Positions 39,168 to 49,729 of a stretch of 64,000 nt of DNA are shown here, piece after piece. The stretch comes from an uncultured virus (IMG/VR IMGVR_UViG_3300028844_006632). Its lineage: Duplodnaviria; Heunggongvirae; Uroviricota; Caudoviricetes. The DNA is taken from IMG/VR virus record IMGVR_UViG_3300028844_006632; one strand, 5' to 3'. Position numbers and translations under genes: made by a program. The notes beneath the pieces were generated by a model that saw only the letters and a program-made list of their open reading frames with translations, did not search any database and had not been told where the DNA came from. Position 1 is the first letter of the stretch, and every line of letters begins with the position of its first letter.

Positions 39168-40445
39168 TCAGCAGATACTTCCTACAGGATTACCTTCACT
39201 TAATTTAAGTTTGTCACCATTTAATTTCTTAAAATAAAACTCGTTTAATAAAGGTTTATCGGTATCTGTGTTGCTCATTCCACTATTGCTATAATATACC
39301 ATATTAGCACCTACCCACTTCTTTTTGTCCATATCTATACCGTCATCACGAATATATTTTAGATTTGAACCAACAGGTTCATAAGAGTGAGACTTTCCAC
39401 TTTCTAATAAAAACTCAAGTTGATATGCATTTTCTCCGTTTTGATAATCCCATACTCCATCACACACTAAATCAAGTTTACCAGGAAAGTTAAATGCTTT
39501 GTTTAGTAAATCCTTAAAGTTATCTGCTTCGTAACTCGGTTTTATTAATGAATCAAGCATTATCACTTCCGTTACTAAATTTACATTGCTTGATAAATAC
39601 TCATTTAGTTTCGTTTCATAATCAGGTTCACATATTTCGAATCGTGTATAAGATAGTGGTTTCTTATAGTATATAACGAGTTCACCTGCCTCGGCATAAA
39701 TATATTTCCCATTTAACTCATTTGCATCTAATTCCGATGAAATATTTAACCAAGGAAACGCAATGTTATTATCAAGAGCAATGTACTGCATTGACTGACC
39801 ATCTTCTTCTCCAATTGGAGTACCTCCGAGTGTATTTGCAACAATATTAAAAGTTGCTACATTGTCAAGAACTATTCTAAATAATTTTTCTTCAGAACCA
39901 CGAACCTTGAAAAATTGTGAATGTGAATATGCAGTTTGCGATAGAAAACCAATCCAAAGATTCTCAATATACTGAATGCTATTTTCGTAAAAAGTTCCAG
40001 TTGTGGTCGTTGGGGTTGGGGTTTGAGTAGCACTCGGTGTAAATGTCGGAGTTGATGTTGGTGTTAAACTAGGTGTGGATGTTGGTGTTGGTGTTGGTGT
40101 ATCTTCAGGAAGTCTTACACACGAGTCTGCAAGCATTCCTTTCTTTTCTTGATTGGCATAGGTTGCTACAAATCCGGGTATCTCAAGAAATGAAGTTCCT
40201 GGTTTTAAAACTATCATATATCCAAATCCACACTTTAACTTTGTAAAGTCATTATTCTCAATAGATAAACTCGGTTCATATGAAAATCCTTTATTCTGAT
40301 CATCATATATAAAAACCTTATATAAAACATCTTTATTTAATCCTGTTAAATCAAAGTCAACGCATTCTGTGTCATCGTCTTCACATTTACCATACCATCC
40401 ATGAATAAATTTGTATTCGTTTTGTCTTTGATTTAGTGTTGCCAT
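39168..40445 (-). CDS. Modular protein: GWYG module, Pro/Thr linker, LWIGF module
   Basis: Internal paralogy with 49730-52234 and 56134-57852. Confidence 0.75.
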   Translation of the reverse strand: MATLNQRQNEYKFIHGWYGKCEDDDTECVDFDLTGLNKDVLYKVFIYDDQNKGFSYEPSLSIENNDFTKLKCGFGYMIVLKPGTSFLEIPGFVATYANQEKKGMLADSCVRLPEDTPTPTPTSTPSLTPTSTPTFTPSATQTPTPTTTTGTFYENSIQYIENLWIGFLSQTAYSHSQFFKVRGSEEKLFRIVLDNVATFNIVANTLGGTPIGEEDGQSMQYIALDNNIAFPWLNISSELDANELNGKYIYAEAGELVIYYKKPLSYTRFEICEPDYETKLNEYLSSNVNLVTEVIMLDSLIKPSYEADNFKDLLNKAFNFPGKLDLVCDGVWDYQNGENAYQLEFLLESGKSHSYEPVGSNLKYIRDDGIDMDKKKWVGANMVYYSNSGMSNTDTDKPLLNEFYFKKLNGDKLKLSEGNPVGSIC

Positions 40446-40473
40446 TTTAAATTCCTAAATTTTATCTACATAC

Positions 40474-40481
40474 TATAAATA
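40474..40481 (-). promoter_or_regulatory. TATTTATA upstream motif
   Basis: Exact motif in intergenic gap. Confidence 0.55.
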
Positions 40482-40497
40482 TATACTTTTTCAAAAA

Positions 40498-43308
40498 CTA
40501 ATCAGTGTTTTCTTCGGTTTGACGATAATAGTTACCTGTTGTTGGAGTCGGTGTTTGACGATAATAGTTACCTGTTGTTGGAGTAGGAGTTTGACGATAA
40601 TAGTTACCTGTTGTTGGAGTAGGAGTTTGACGATAATAGTTACCTGTTGTTGGAGTAGGAGTTTGACGATAATAGTTACCTGTCGTTGGAGTGGGAGTTG
40701 GGGATGCAGGTGGTTTATCTATAAATCCAGTTTTCTTGAACACATTCACCCCGCCTCCAAATGGATATTTAAGTTCAGTTTCATAACATACACCATTTTC
40801 TTTTACAAATATAAAACTTGTATCTATAATATCACCACTTGTAATAATTTTTACAAATTCATCGGAAGTGCCATCTTCAAATACGCACTTATACGACTCA
40901 GGCATTTTAAATTTACCCAGTGAATTCCAACAAAGTCTTCCTTTTACATTTCCTGATAGTGTTAAGTTATTTACCGATGCTCCACCTGTATAAGCAGTAT
41001 GTTCATAATCATTACAACAACTTGGATCACTTTCGCAAACTTTTCTTAAAATATTCACACCTTGACCGAGTGGATGTACTAATTCTACATCATAACAAAT
41101 TCCGTCTGAGTCAATATAAGTGAATATATTATTATTTTTTATGTTTGCACTTACAATGATTTTAATGAATCCGTCGTCTATACTTGCAGACTCAAATACG
41201 CATCCATATGATTCAGGTGTTTGAAATCCATTTAATGTATTCCAACAAAATCTACCACGAACATTACCGGAAATAGTAACATTGTTAACAGATGGACCAC
41301 CAATTACGGTTGATTCCCGAAGACCTTCACAACAATTATCGCAGTATTCACGTGTTGGTGTAGGAGTTGCAGTTGGAGTTGGTGTTGGTGTTTCTACAAA
41401 ACCGCACTCTCTTACAAATTCAAATACATTATCAAACGAGTTTTTACTTGTAAGTTTACCTTGGTATAAATTATTTTGTGGGCAGATATACGAAACTAAG
41501 TTGTCTTCAAACTGACCAATTGCGATTATTCTACCATATACATTACCAGTATCTTTTTTGATTGTTACTCCAAACGAGTTCACCTTACCATCAATTAATA
41601 TACTGCTATGACATATTAACCCTCCATATTCAAATCCTTTTACAGATACTCCGTTTTTAATTGGACGTGTTTCTGTGTCTCCGTATGTTACAATAGAGTG
41701 AGAGAACTCACTACAACAACTTGAATCCACTGTAAATGATGGTGTAGGTGATGGTGACGGTGTGGGTGATGGAAATGCAGTAGGTGTCGGTGTTTCTTCC
41801 AACTCAGCAAGACGAATCCATGCTTCTATTGTAAAATTGCTACGACCTAAAGTTAGTGCATCAAAGTTTTTTGTATCATCTGAATATAAATAATCATTTG
41901 TTCCGTCAAATTTTATAGATACATCTCCGTATAATGCTTTATCACTATCAACATAAGAAACACCATTTACATGATGTAATCTAATATTATTACGTGATTC
42001 ATCTTTTATCAAATTCCATTTATCTTTATTCTCACTTTGAATATGAAATGCAACATTGTTATAGTATTCTTTTCTGAAACACTCGTCTGTGTCTATTATT
42101 TCAGTTGGTGTAGGTGTTGCAACATCTGGTGGAATTATGCAGAATGATTGTATTCGTGCAAGATAGTTTGGTTTATTATTACAACCCCCGAGCATATTCC
42201 CAATCATTAAAAATTTTATTTCATCAAATTCTTTTTCGGTACTCGTGAATCCTATTTTATGCTCACCAAGATACGAATAAAAAGGACAACATACACAATC
42301 TGACCATACATTAGATTTGGGTTGAAGAAAAGTAATTAGTTGCTCAGAAGAACCATATAATCTAACTTTATTTGTTTTAGGATTTTTACTTCCGTTTACT
42401 CCTGTAAAATCTACACCCACAGGTGCAAAATTGCAATGCAACTTAGAATCTTTAAGAATTTTAATAGGATTTTTAAGTGCAACTACAAACTGATAATCAA
42501 AACCTCCTGTTCCTTCCTCGGCAAAAACCGAAGGATAATCTGCTAAATCAACTTCTTCATCATAAACAAAATCATAATTCTCTGTATATGGATTCTTTTT
42601 TAAATATCCATTTTTTTCAGGATCAACAATCGTTGCCATTCTGTCGTATACAACTGATGCTATTTTTTTTCTTTGATTATATAATCCTGATAATTCAAAA
42701 TCAATATTATCAATGGATATAAAAGTATCTGGACCTAATTCTTTTAAAAGTGTCGGTGTTGGGGAACTTTCTTCCTCGGGTGGATTTTCTTCATCATTTT
42801 CTATTAAGGTCAATGTTTTAGTTGGAGTGGGTGTATTTTCATTGGATATTTTCGTAAAAGTTGGAGTTGGTGAAGGTGTTGCATTATCATCATTTATTGG
42901 TTGTTGATTGTTTTGTTCACACTCACCTTGATATGCCAATGTATTTTCAAATCCAACCGTACTTTCAAGTTTGCCTTTATACACACCACCACTCGGTGAA
43001 ATATAAGTAACTTCGTTAGAAGAAAACATACCCGTTGCTTTTATTTTTCCAAGTATAGTTTCACCATTTACATAAATTGTAACTCCATATGGATAACTCA
43101 ATCCATCGATATTTACATTGTGAAAACACAATTTTCCACCAAATTCAAAGAATTGTACACTTACACCTGCAACCGATGGATATGTTTCTCCGTTTCCGTA
43201 TGTTGGAAGTGAATTAGGGTACTCTGAGCAACAATCATTTGTATTACTCGCACGAATGCTTTGTTGCAATCCTATGTTTCCTATTGAACCTATTAAAAAA
43301 TTATCCAT
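40498..43308 (-). CDS. Modular protein: four CC modules, partial LamG, Pro/Thr linkers, C-terminal tandem repeat
   Basis: Four CC...GGxxC units; SIKFDGTNDYL...NFTIEAWIR LamG start. Confidence 0.78.
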   Translation of the reverse strand: MDNFLIGSIGNIGLQQSIRASNTNDCCSEYPNSLPTYGNGETYPSVAGVSVQFFEFGGKLCFHNVNIDGLSYPYGVTIYVNGETILGKIKATGMFSSNEVTYISPSGGVYKGKLESTVGFENTLAYQGECEQNNQQPINDDNATPSPTPTFTKISNENTPTPTKTLTLIENDEENPPEEESSPTPTLLKELGPDTFISIDNIDFELSGLYNQRKKIASVVYDRMATIVDPEKNGYLKKNPYTENYDFVYDEEVDLADYPSVFAEEGTGGFDYQFVVALKNPIKILKDSKLHCNFAPVGVDFTGVNGSKNPKTNKVRLYGSSEQLITFLQPKSNVWSDCVCCPFYSYLGEHKIGFTSTEKEFDEIKFLMIGNMLGGCNNKPNYLARIQSFCIIPPDVATPTPTEIIDTDECFRKEYYNNVAFHIQSENKDKWNLIKDESRNNIRLHHVNGVSYVDSDKALYGDVSIKFDGTNDYLYSDDTKNFDALTLGRSNFTIEAWIRLAELEETPTPTAFPSPTPSPSPTPSFTVDSSCCSEFSHSIVTYGDTETRPIKNGVSVKGFEYGGLICHSSILIDGKVNSFGVTIKKDTGNVYGRIIAIGQFEDNLVSYICPQNNLYQGKLTSKNSFDNVFEFVRECGFVETPTPTPTATPTPTREYCDNCCEGLRESTVIGGPSVNNVTISGNVRGRFCWNTLNGFQTPESYGCVFESASIDDGFIKIIVSANIKNNNIFTYIDSDGICYDVELVHPLGQGVNILRKVCESDPSCCNDYEHTAYTGGASVNNLTLSGNVKGRLCWNSLGKFKMPESYKCVFEDGTSDEFVKIITSGDIIDTSFIFVKENGVCYETELKYPFGGGVNVFKKTGFIDKPPASPTPTPTTGNYYRQTPTPTTGNYYRQTPTPTTGNYYRQTPTPTTGNYYRQTPTPTTGNYYRQTEENTD
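40517..40696. repeat. Coding tandem repeat, 5 x 36 nt (TPTPTTGNYYRQ)
   Basis: Units start at 40517, 40553, 40589, 40625 and 40661; no spacers. Confidence 0.95.
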
Positions 43309-43328
43309 TGCAAATTATTTACCATTAT

Positions 43329-43336
43329 TATAAATA
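43329..43336 (-). promoter_or_regulatory. TATTTATA upstream motif
   Basis: Exact motif in 28-nt gap. Confidence 0.55.
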
Positions 43337-46300
43337 TCAAACAGAATTCTCTAAACATTCATCTCCCCACTTAGGAAGTTTAGATTCTGTCTGACCAAAT
43401 GGTGAATTATTCGCAAATCCAGTTGGGTATTCTTTTACACTTTCCACACACCACGATGATAAATTTATATCACTTAATTTTGCACAATTCGCAAATGCGT
43501 AAACCATAAATTTTACCAACGATACATCGAAATTATATCCAATAATCTCGGTCAAATTCTTACATCCAGCAAACATATAAGAAATTGATAGCAACTGTTC
43601 GGTGTTAATATCTCTTAAATCAATTCTTCCTAAATTATCACAATGTCTGAACAAAGATTTGAAAGTTGTAACATTGCTTGTATCCAACCCACTCATGTCA
43701 ATCGCAGTTAGTGATGTACACCCTTCAAACATTCCTTCAAAACTATTTACATTAAATGTATTAAATGCACCGAAATCTGTTACAGAAAGTTTGTTACAAC
43801 CTTTAAACATATTCTTAAGTGAAACTAAAGCATTTCTATCATATTCATTATTTGAATTTGTTTCGGTGAATACACCCTCAATAGTAACTGAATTTACATT
43901 GCTTGGGAATGTAAATGGTTTGATGCTACCTTCCATTACAACCACCGGACTAGCAACTGTATCATACTTATGTTTGATTGTTTCTGCATCAGTTGGTAAT
44001 ATCGTCTGAGAAGGTTCGTTTTCTCCCCATAATATTTCAAATCCACTTGAATGACCAGTATTTGGAATATCTAGTTCCATGATATTTTCAAAATACATTG
44101 CAATTTTAATACTAGGTGTACAAGTACCCCAAACAGGAATATTTGATTCCTTGGTAGCAAACGGAGCATTTACTGCAAATGAATCTGGTTTTTCATCTGC
44201 TATACTTTCGGTACACCAACCTCTTAAATTAAGATTTGTTAATTTAGTACAATTTGCAAACATTGAATTAAAATATTTTACCGATTTGGTATTAAAATTA
44301 ATACCAAGTATTTGTTGAAGATTTATACAACGAGAGAACATATAAGACATATTAATTACATTTTCTGTATTCCACTCGTTTAATCTTATTGTTGCGAGAT
44401 TCTTACAACGAATAAACATTCCTTTTAATATTTTTACATTTTGTAAATTTAAATTAGAAAGATCAAGTTCAACCAACGAATCACAATCAGCAAACATACG
44501 TTCCATTGTAATGACATTCTTCGCACTAAAATTACTTAGGTCTACTTGGTTTAGTTTTGAACACCCACTAAACATTCCCAATGTTGATTCAAGTGAAGAA
44601 CCTTCTACTTTCGCAGAAACAAGTGAAGGATTGGTCAATTTCAAATATTTAATATCTCCTTCAATTATTATTTTTCTATTTTGTCTAAGATTATCATTAA
44701 ATACATTTTCTACAAGTGTATTTGACGAATTGTCGTAAGATACATCCTCAGAATCATCGTTCCATTTCCATTTACGTGTGATATTATCGGTTTCACTCTT
44801 CGTTGGTTTATAGTAAACATACCCAAGTGAATCACCCCAATCTACTGCAAACTCTTTTTGCGAATCAACCGAGAAAGATATTTCGGAAACATCGTCATAT
44901 TCCAAAATAAATCGTGTAAACGAGTCACTTGTGTTATCGTTTCCTTCGTCTGAAATAAATAAACTTGGAGTTCTTTTGAATATTCTTAAATCATTTACTG
45001 CACCATAAACAAGGTCATTTTCATAAATTGATATGTCCCCACCTGCAACTGGATCTAGTTTACCAAGTACCTGTGTTTCATCAAGTATCCACTCATTTTC
45101 ACTATTAACAGACTTCTTATACTTTTTAATTACTCCTCCTGAATAATTAGATAGTGCATATACATCATAATTTGTATCGATGCCCACTCCCGTTCCGAGT
45201 CCTGTTGGTGAGTAGCATAGTTCAAATGCGTGTTTTACTCGATTTGAAGCAAAGTCTTCGGAATATCTTATTCCATGAGTTATTCTTATATCATCAAAAA
45301 AGCAGTTCGCACCACTTATTGTATTTCCAGTTTCAAGTTTAATACTACCAAATGCAAGATTTATTTGCTCATCTTTGTCTTCTATGAAAGTTTCAATATC
45401 AACTTCACTGAAATATGGATTTTCAATAGTCTGAGATCCGTCAACATAAAGTTTTATATAACGTTGTCTGTTCAGTCCACTCTGGCCAGGTGATGCGGAA
45501 TTTTCTTTTCCATAAACAATCACGATATGATGCCAACCATCGGTTATATCATATTTTGTTTCTTCACCAAAAACCTGATTCCCATTTACAACATAGTCAA
45601 ACTCTAAACGACTATTCGAATCGTTCCATTTTAAATTCCAATAATCAAGTGTACTATTTTCTTTATGTTGCGTACCAACTATGATTTGAGCAGACTCACT
45701 AAGTGGGTTTCCATCGTATCTCCACATAAACTCGATTGTAATACTATCATTCAGCAAATAGTGCTTATTATAGTCAATTAACAACTGACCATAGTCTCCG
45801 TCTACACCAAACTTAATTGAATTTTTTGCATTCGGACTTGGATGTGGTGAATTTGTAGTATCTCTTTCTATTTCTATATTACTAACTTCAAATGGAGATA
45901 CTTTGTTGAGTGGCCAGAATAAAGGTGAACCACGATTAATTAAATCAGTTTGTGTGGGTGATTCTGCTTGAAAGTGAATAGAAACTGAATCACAATCCAT
46001 TTGGTTTCCAGGATATGGTTGATAAAAACTACTTTCGGCATCATCCGCAGGTGTTAAATTTCCAAGGCCTTGTATTTCTGGTTTATCATCTCCAATTATT
46101 ACTTGATTTTCCAAGTGAAATCCTTTTACATTTTCATTGTTATCATAGTTCCAAGATACACCATATATATAAACCGCACCTGTTCTATTAAGTTCGTCTA
46201 TTTTTGTATTTTTATCTATATCTTCAAAATAATTAGGAGCTCCTACAATTAAATTTGCTTTCTTTGTACTGAAACGATTCGGATATTCTTCTTCGGCAGT

Positions 46301-48232
46301 TAACCCACGATAGTCAATAGATTCTCCGAATCTCATTTTTGTGGCAAAGTAAGTTTCCACAATTTTATATACTATATCGTTAAGAGGTGGCCAGTCACCT
46401 GGATCCTCAGGACCTGGAGGTCCTTTTGGTCCTTCTTTAGGATCACTTATTAATGATTTCCATGCAATGTTAACAACATAAGCATTTAAATCTTCATTCC
46501 AAGAACCCCATTCATCTTCAAGATGCTCAAGATTCCATTTTGCAAACCATTCATCAGTCGGAACTAATACAGGATACTGATTAAAATCACTATTAGGCCA
46601 AACTATATAAAACATACCATCCATTGAATCTAGTAGTAACTGAGAGTGACCTGCATCTTCATACGGAAACCAAACTTGAAATTCATTCGCATAATCGTTT
46701 ATAGGAAATATATCCTCAAGACGATAATAAACATGACTATCCGCAGAATTAAACCAAGATGTTTGTGATACTCCACCTGACATTGCCATAATGCTATCTT
46801 GCATATTTGACATTGCATTTATTTTTTCAAGTTCAGAAGATTTTACACTAAATGTAGTTAGACCACTACGTTCTTTTTGTATCTCTAACCATTCTTCAAC
46901 ACCTTGAATATTATATTCTTTAGTTACAATTTGTCCAGGACTTGTAAGGTTGATGTTTCCATATTCATCAGGTTGCGTAAAATAAGAACGAAATACCGCA
47001 GATATTGTATCTGTGTATTGTTTCCAAGGATCGTTGTCAATTGCCCACCAAGGCATCGTTGTATTACTTGGATATATGGTTTGAGCAAAGTTTACGAAAT
47101 TAGATTCGTATTTTAAATTATCTTCAAGTAAAACAAAGTGATCTACTCGCCCACACGCAATTGCAAGTCCTTCTGTTTCTTTAATTGCATTTGGAGCACC
47201 TACAAATAAATTAACTCCATCACGACACTTTATACTACGACCCCACTCTGAGTTATAGTGGGCATCGTTCATTGGAAATACTAGATCATTTCCACGTATA
47301 GTTGTTAATGGCTCAGGTGCGGAGTAATTCTCAATATTTTCCAATTGATTTAATGAATATACTTTTACAAAATTACTTACATAATCACTTGCAAATAAAA
47401 AATCTCCTGAGATTTCAAGAACAGGTTCCACCAAGAAATCTGCATCTTCAATTACATTATAAAATTCGTATCCAGGATCTACATTTAATTGACGATTAAA
47501 TGATTTCTTTTTATATATAAACACCTTTGCAGTTTTGGGTATTTCACCCGACGATTGACGTTGCCTACGACCATAGTAAGCAGATACTGCAATAAATTTA
47601 TCATCCATTACCACAGATTCTTCACCGAAGTTAATATCATCTGAAATAGAGTCGGCATTACGATCATTAAAAACCGGTGGAAGCAATACATCATAATCAG
47701 AATAATCTACTTCATCCGCAAGAGAGTAAATCTTCGCATATCCAATATTTTTTTCTACAAGTTGCTTTGTATCGTTTGCTTTATGAAAAAAGTTTTTTAC
47801 TTTTGCACTTGGAAACGAAGCAATTATTTTACCAGGTCCTGTTGCTACTGCTTTTCCTTTTCTACCAAAGTGAACTACATCTCCATCTTCAATCATTGAC
47901 AATGAAAACTGAAAATCGTCCTGAGCATTTGTGTTACTTATACTACTTGCGATTAAGTCATCGAGTCCACCATCTATTTCGTCACTTGTTAATATTCCGT
48001 CTTCTCCTCCGAGTTTTCTAAGTTCTTCAAGACGCAGAACCTCAAAGAAACTCGGTCCTTGGTATGGATTTTTTTTGGTAATGTTTGAAATATCAAAGGC
48101 TGTATTTGCTTGATCTAAAAATAAACCATTTTTCATTCCCTCAAGGAAATACTGAATATCATGTTGACTGAGTTGTCCATCAACACCTTGTCCAGATACT
48201 TTTGTAAAATCTCCTATTTTAAAATCGACCAT
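43337..48232 (-). CDS. Large adhesin-like protein: dockerin-like N-terminus, FG-GAP-like propeller, LamG, two BspA-type leucine-rich repeat blocks
   Basis: LFVGAPN/LIVGAPN...TGAVYIY; WHHIVIVY...LYVDG...FDDIRIT; MFxxCxxLxxLDLS repeats each capped by WCxESxxxxPxxFAxNxPF...PxWG. Confidence 0.85.
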   Translation of the reverse strand: MVDFKIGDFTKVSGQGVDGQLSQHDIQYFLEGMKNGLFLDQANTAFDISNITKKNPYQGPSFFEVLRLEELRKLGGEDGILTSDEIDGGLDDLIASSISNTNAQDDFQFSLSMIEDGDVVHFGRKGKAVATGPGKIIASFPSAKVKNFFHKANDTKQLVEKNIGYAKIYSLADEVDYSDYDVLLPPVFNDRNADSISDDINFGEESVVMDDKFIAVSAYYGRRQRQSSGEIPKTAKVFIYKKKSFNRQLNVDPGYEFYNVIEDADFLVEPVLEISGDFLFASDYVSNFVKVYSLNQLENIENYSAPEPLTTIRGNDLVFPMNDAHYNSEWGRSIKCRDGVNLFVGAPNAIKETEGLAIACGRVDHFVLLEDNLKYESNFVNFAQTIYPSNTTMPWWAIDNDPWKQYTDTISAVFRSYFTQPDEYGNINLTSPGQIVTKEYNIQGVEEWLEIQKERSGLTTFSVKSSELEKINAMSNMQDSIMAMSGGVSQTSWFNSADSHVYYRLEDIFPINDYANEFQVWFPYEDAGHSQLLLDSMDGMFYIVWPNSDFNQYPVLVPTDEWFAKWNLEHLEDEWGSWNEDLNAYVVNIAWKSLISDPKEGPKGPPGPEDPGDWPPLNDIVYKIVETYFATKMRFGESIDYRGLTAEEEYPNRFSTKKANLIVGAPNYFEDIDKNTKIDELNRTGAVYIYGVSWNYDNNENVKGFHLENQVIIGDDKPEIQGLGNLTPADDAESSFYQPYPGNQMDCDSVSIHFQAESPTQTDLINRGSPLFWPLNKVSPFEVSNIEIERDTTNSPHPSPNAKNSIKFGVDGDYGQLLIDYNKHYLLNDSITIEFMWRYDGNPLSESAQIIVGTQHKENSTLDYWNLKWNDSNSRLEFDYVVNGNQVFGEETKYDITDGWHHIVIVYGKENSASPGQSGLNRQRYIKLYVDGSQTIENPYFSEVDIETFIEDKDEQINLAFGSIKLETGNTISGANCFFDDIRITHGIRYSEDFASNRVKHAFELCYSPTGLGTGVGIDTNYDVYALSNYSGGVIKKYKKSVNSENEWILDETQVLGKLDPVAGGDISIYENDLVYGAVNDLRIFKRTPSLFISDEGNDNTSDSFTRFILEYDDVSEISFSVDSQKEFAVDWGDSLGYVYYKPTKSETDNITRKWKWNDDSEDVSYDNSSNTLVENVFNDNLRQNRKIIIEGDIKYLKLTNPSLVSAKVEGSSLESTLGMFSGCSKLNQVDLSNFSAKNVITMERMFADCDSLVELDLSNLNLQNVKILKGMFIRCKNLATIRLNEWNTENVINMSYMFSRCINLQQILGINFNTKSVKYFNSMFANCTKLTNLNLRGWCTESIADEKPDSFAVNAPFATKESNIPVWGTCTPSIKIAMYFENIMELDIPNTGHSSGFEILWGENEPSQTILPTDAETIKHKYDTVASPVVVMEGSIKPFTFPSNVNSVTIEGVFTETNSNNEYDRNALVSLKNMFKGCNKLSVTDFGAFNTFNVNSFEGMFEGCTSLTAIDMSGLDTSNVTTFKSLFRHCDNLGRIDLRDINTEQLLSISYMFAGCKNLTEIIGYNFDVSLVKFMVYAFANCAKLSDINLSSWCVESVKEYPTGFANNSPFGQTESKLPKWGDECLENSV

Positions 48233-48237
48233 CTGAA

Positions 48238-49290
48238 TTATCCTTCTACTTCCTCAGTGCTACAAGTAACAATGTGGTATCGTTCTACTTTTTCCGTTTC
48301 ATCGTATACACGAATATCTGCAACTTCTATATCGTTGCTTATTTCTTGAATTTTTTTCCAACGGTCTGCTTTCACACGAAAAACAATAATGCCAAGTTTA
48401 CTTTTTTCTTCTCCGTCTCCACCCTCGGTTGTATCTATAAAACCAATCACAGAACGATTTTTTCTTGGTTCAGAACCATTTGTTCTAATTGAGTAATCAT
48501 AGTAATAGTTTAATGTAGGTTTGCCGAGTGTATCTTTAAATTCTTCATTTATCAAATTTTGTTTGTCAACCGTAAGACCTGTATTTCCGTTTTCGTCTGT
48601 TGAAAATTCAATGTTATCAAATACCAACTCAACTGCTTTAATACGTTGCGTATCATAATTTGCATCAGGATGTACCGTGGCAGTTGCATCAAATGTTACT
48701 ACCAGGTCACCCTGTGTAGCAGGTTCAAGGTCAACTGATGTTTCTAGTCCATCACCACCCTTTGCAATGTTTCCTGTTCTATGCTTTATATACCACTCAC
48801 TTTCAAGTGAAGGAAGGTGCATCAATTTGCTTGTAGTTTGTGGTATACGATTTAATGATTGCTCAAACTCAAACCAAAATAAAAATCTACCGAATTCACC
48901 GTCACCTTCATAAATTTTACCATCAGCACGATCAGGTTTTTCTAAATCGTTCCATCTTTGAAATGCCATATAATAAGTTAAATCATCAATGTTAATTTCA
49001 GTCAAAGAATTACCAAGTGAAGTTTCGGTATAATTAGCACAATCGTAACCTGAGTTGCTTTCTGTTTTTGGTAGATATTTTAGTTCAGAAACAAGAGGTG
49101 GAAGTTTTTTTAATTCAACTTCCCGTTGTCTCCAATCTTTAAAATTTTCCAACTCAGAATTATTTTCATCGTAATTTGGTCCCGCAGGAGTACCTGTATC
49201 TAACCATGATTGATATGATACTAAAATAGAAATATCATCAATCGTAAAAGAACCGGTTTTGGTAAAATCGTCGTGGCAACAAAAATTCAT
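48238..49290 (-). CDS. Paired dockerin-like repeats plus cohesin-like domain (adaptor-like)
   Basis: DFTKTGSFTIDDISIL and NYTET...INIDDLTYY; C-terminal beta-rich domain IKAVELVFD...IGFIDT...IIVFRVK...IEVADIRVYD. Confidence 0.6.
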   Translation of the reverse strand: MNFCCHDDFTKTGSFTIDDISILVSYQSWLDTGTPAGPNYDENNSELENFKDWRQREVELKKLPPLVSELKYLPKTESNSGYDCANYTETSLGNSLTEINIDDLTYYMAFQRWNDLEKPDRADGKIYEGDGEFGRFLFWFEFEQSLNRIPQTTSKLMHLPSLESEWYIKHRTGNIAKGGDGLETSVDLEPATQGDLVVTFDATATVHPDANYDTQRIKAVELVFDNIEFSTDENGNTGLTVDKQNLINEEFKDTLGKPTLNYYYDYSIRTNGSEPRKNRSVIGFIDTTEGGDGEEKSKLGIIVFRVKADRWKKIQEISNDIEVADIRVYDETEKVERYHIVTCSTEEVEG

Positions 49291-49295
49291 AACAT

Positions 49296-49646
49296 TTATC
49301 CTATTTGATTACATTCACTAGGTGAGTAAAAAAAGTCACTTGCATCGTGGTCTCCGTTTACTGCATGAGGTATATCCTGAGATAATACTCCATCTTCGTT
49401 TGTTCTTAATTTAATATAGTAAGCATTTCCACATAATAATTTACTAAAATCATTTTCTGAATTTTCATAGTTCCAATGTGTTTGATTTCCAATTGAATCT
49501 GTTAACCAAACTTGCTCTATATTATTACCTAAGTTTAAGTCGAATGGTAAACACTCACCGATTGGTTCATTGTTGGTAGTTTCTGTGGTTTCACAGATTC
49601 CATACCAAATAAAATTATGCAATTTAGTTAGTGTAGCCATATTCAT
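49296..49646 (-). CDS. Stand-alone GWYG module protein
   Basis: IWYGIC...CLPFDL...DFSKLLCGNAYYIKL. Confidence 0.75.
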   Translation of the reverse strand: MNMATLTKLHNFIWYGICETTETTNNEPIGECLPFDLNLGNNIEQVWLTDSIGNQTHWNYENSENDFSKLLCGNAYYIKLRTNEDGVLSQDIPHAVNGDHDASDFFYSPSECNQIG

Positions 49647-49685
49647 TTAGTCAACTTAATATACATAAATATATAACTAAATGAA
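49642..49685 (-). promoter_or_regulatory. 10-bp inverted repeat enclosing TATTTATG motif and covering start codon
   Basis: ttcatttagt (49642-49651) / actaaatgaa (49676-49685); motif variant at 49664-49671. Confidence 0.5.
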
Positions 49686-49729
49686 AATACATTGATAATA
49701 ATAGAATTCTGCTAAATTTTAAGTTTTAT

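Noticed and set aside
40517..40696. CRISPR array (36-nt repeats)
   Set aside because: Units are contiguous with no spacers, lie in frame within a CDS, and no cas genes are present
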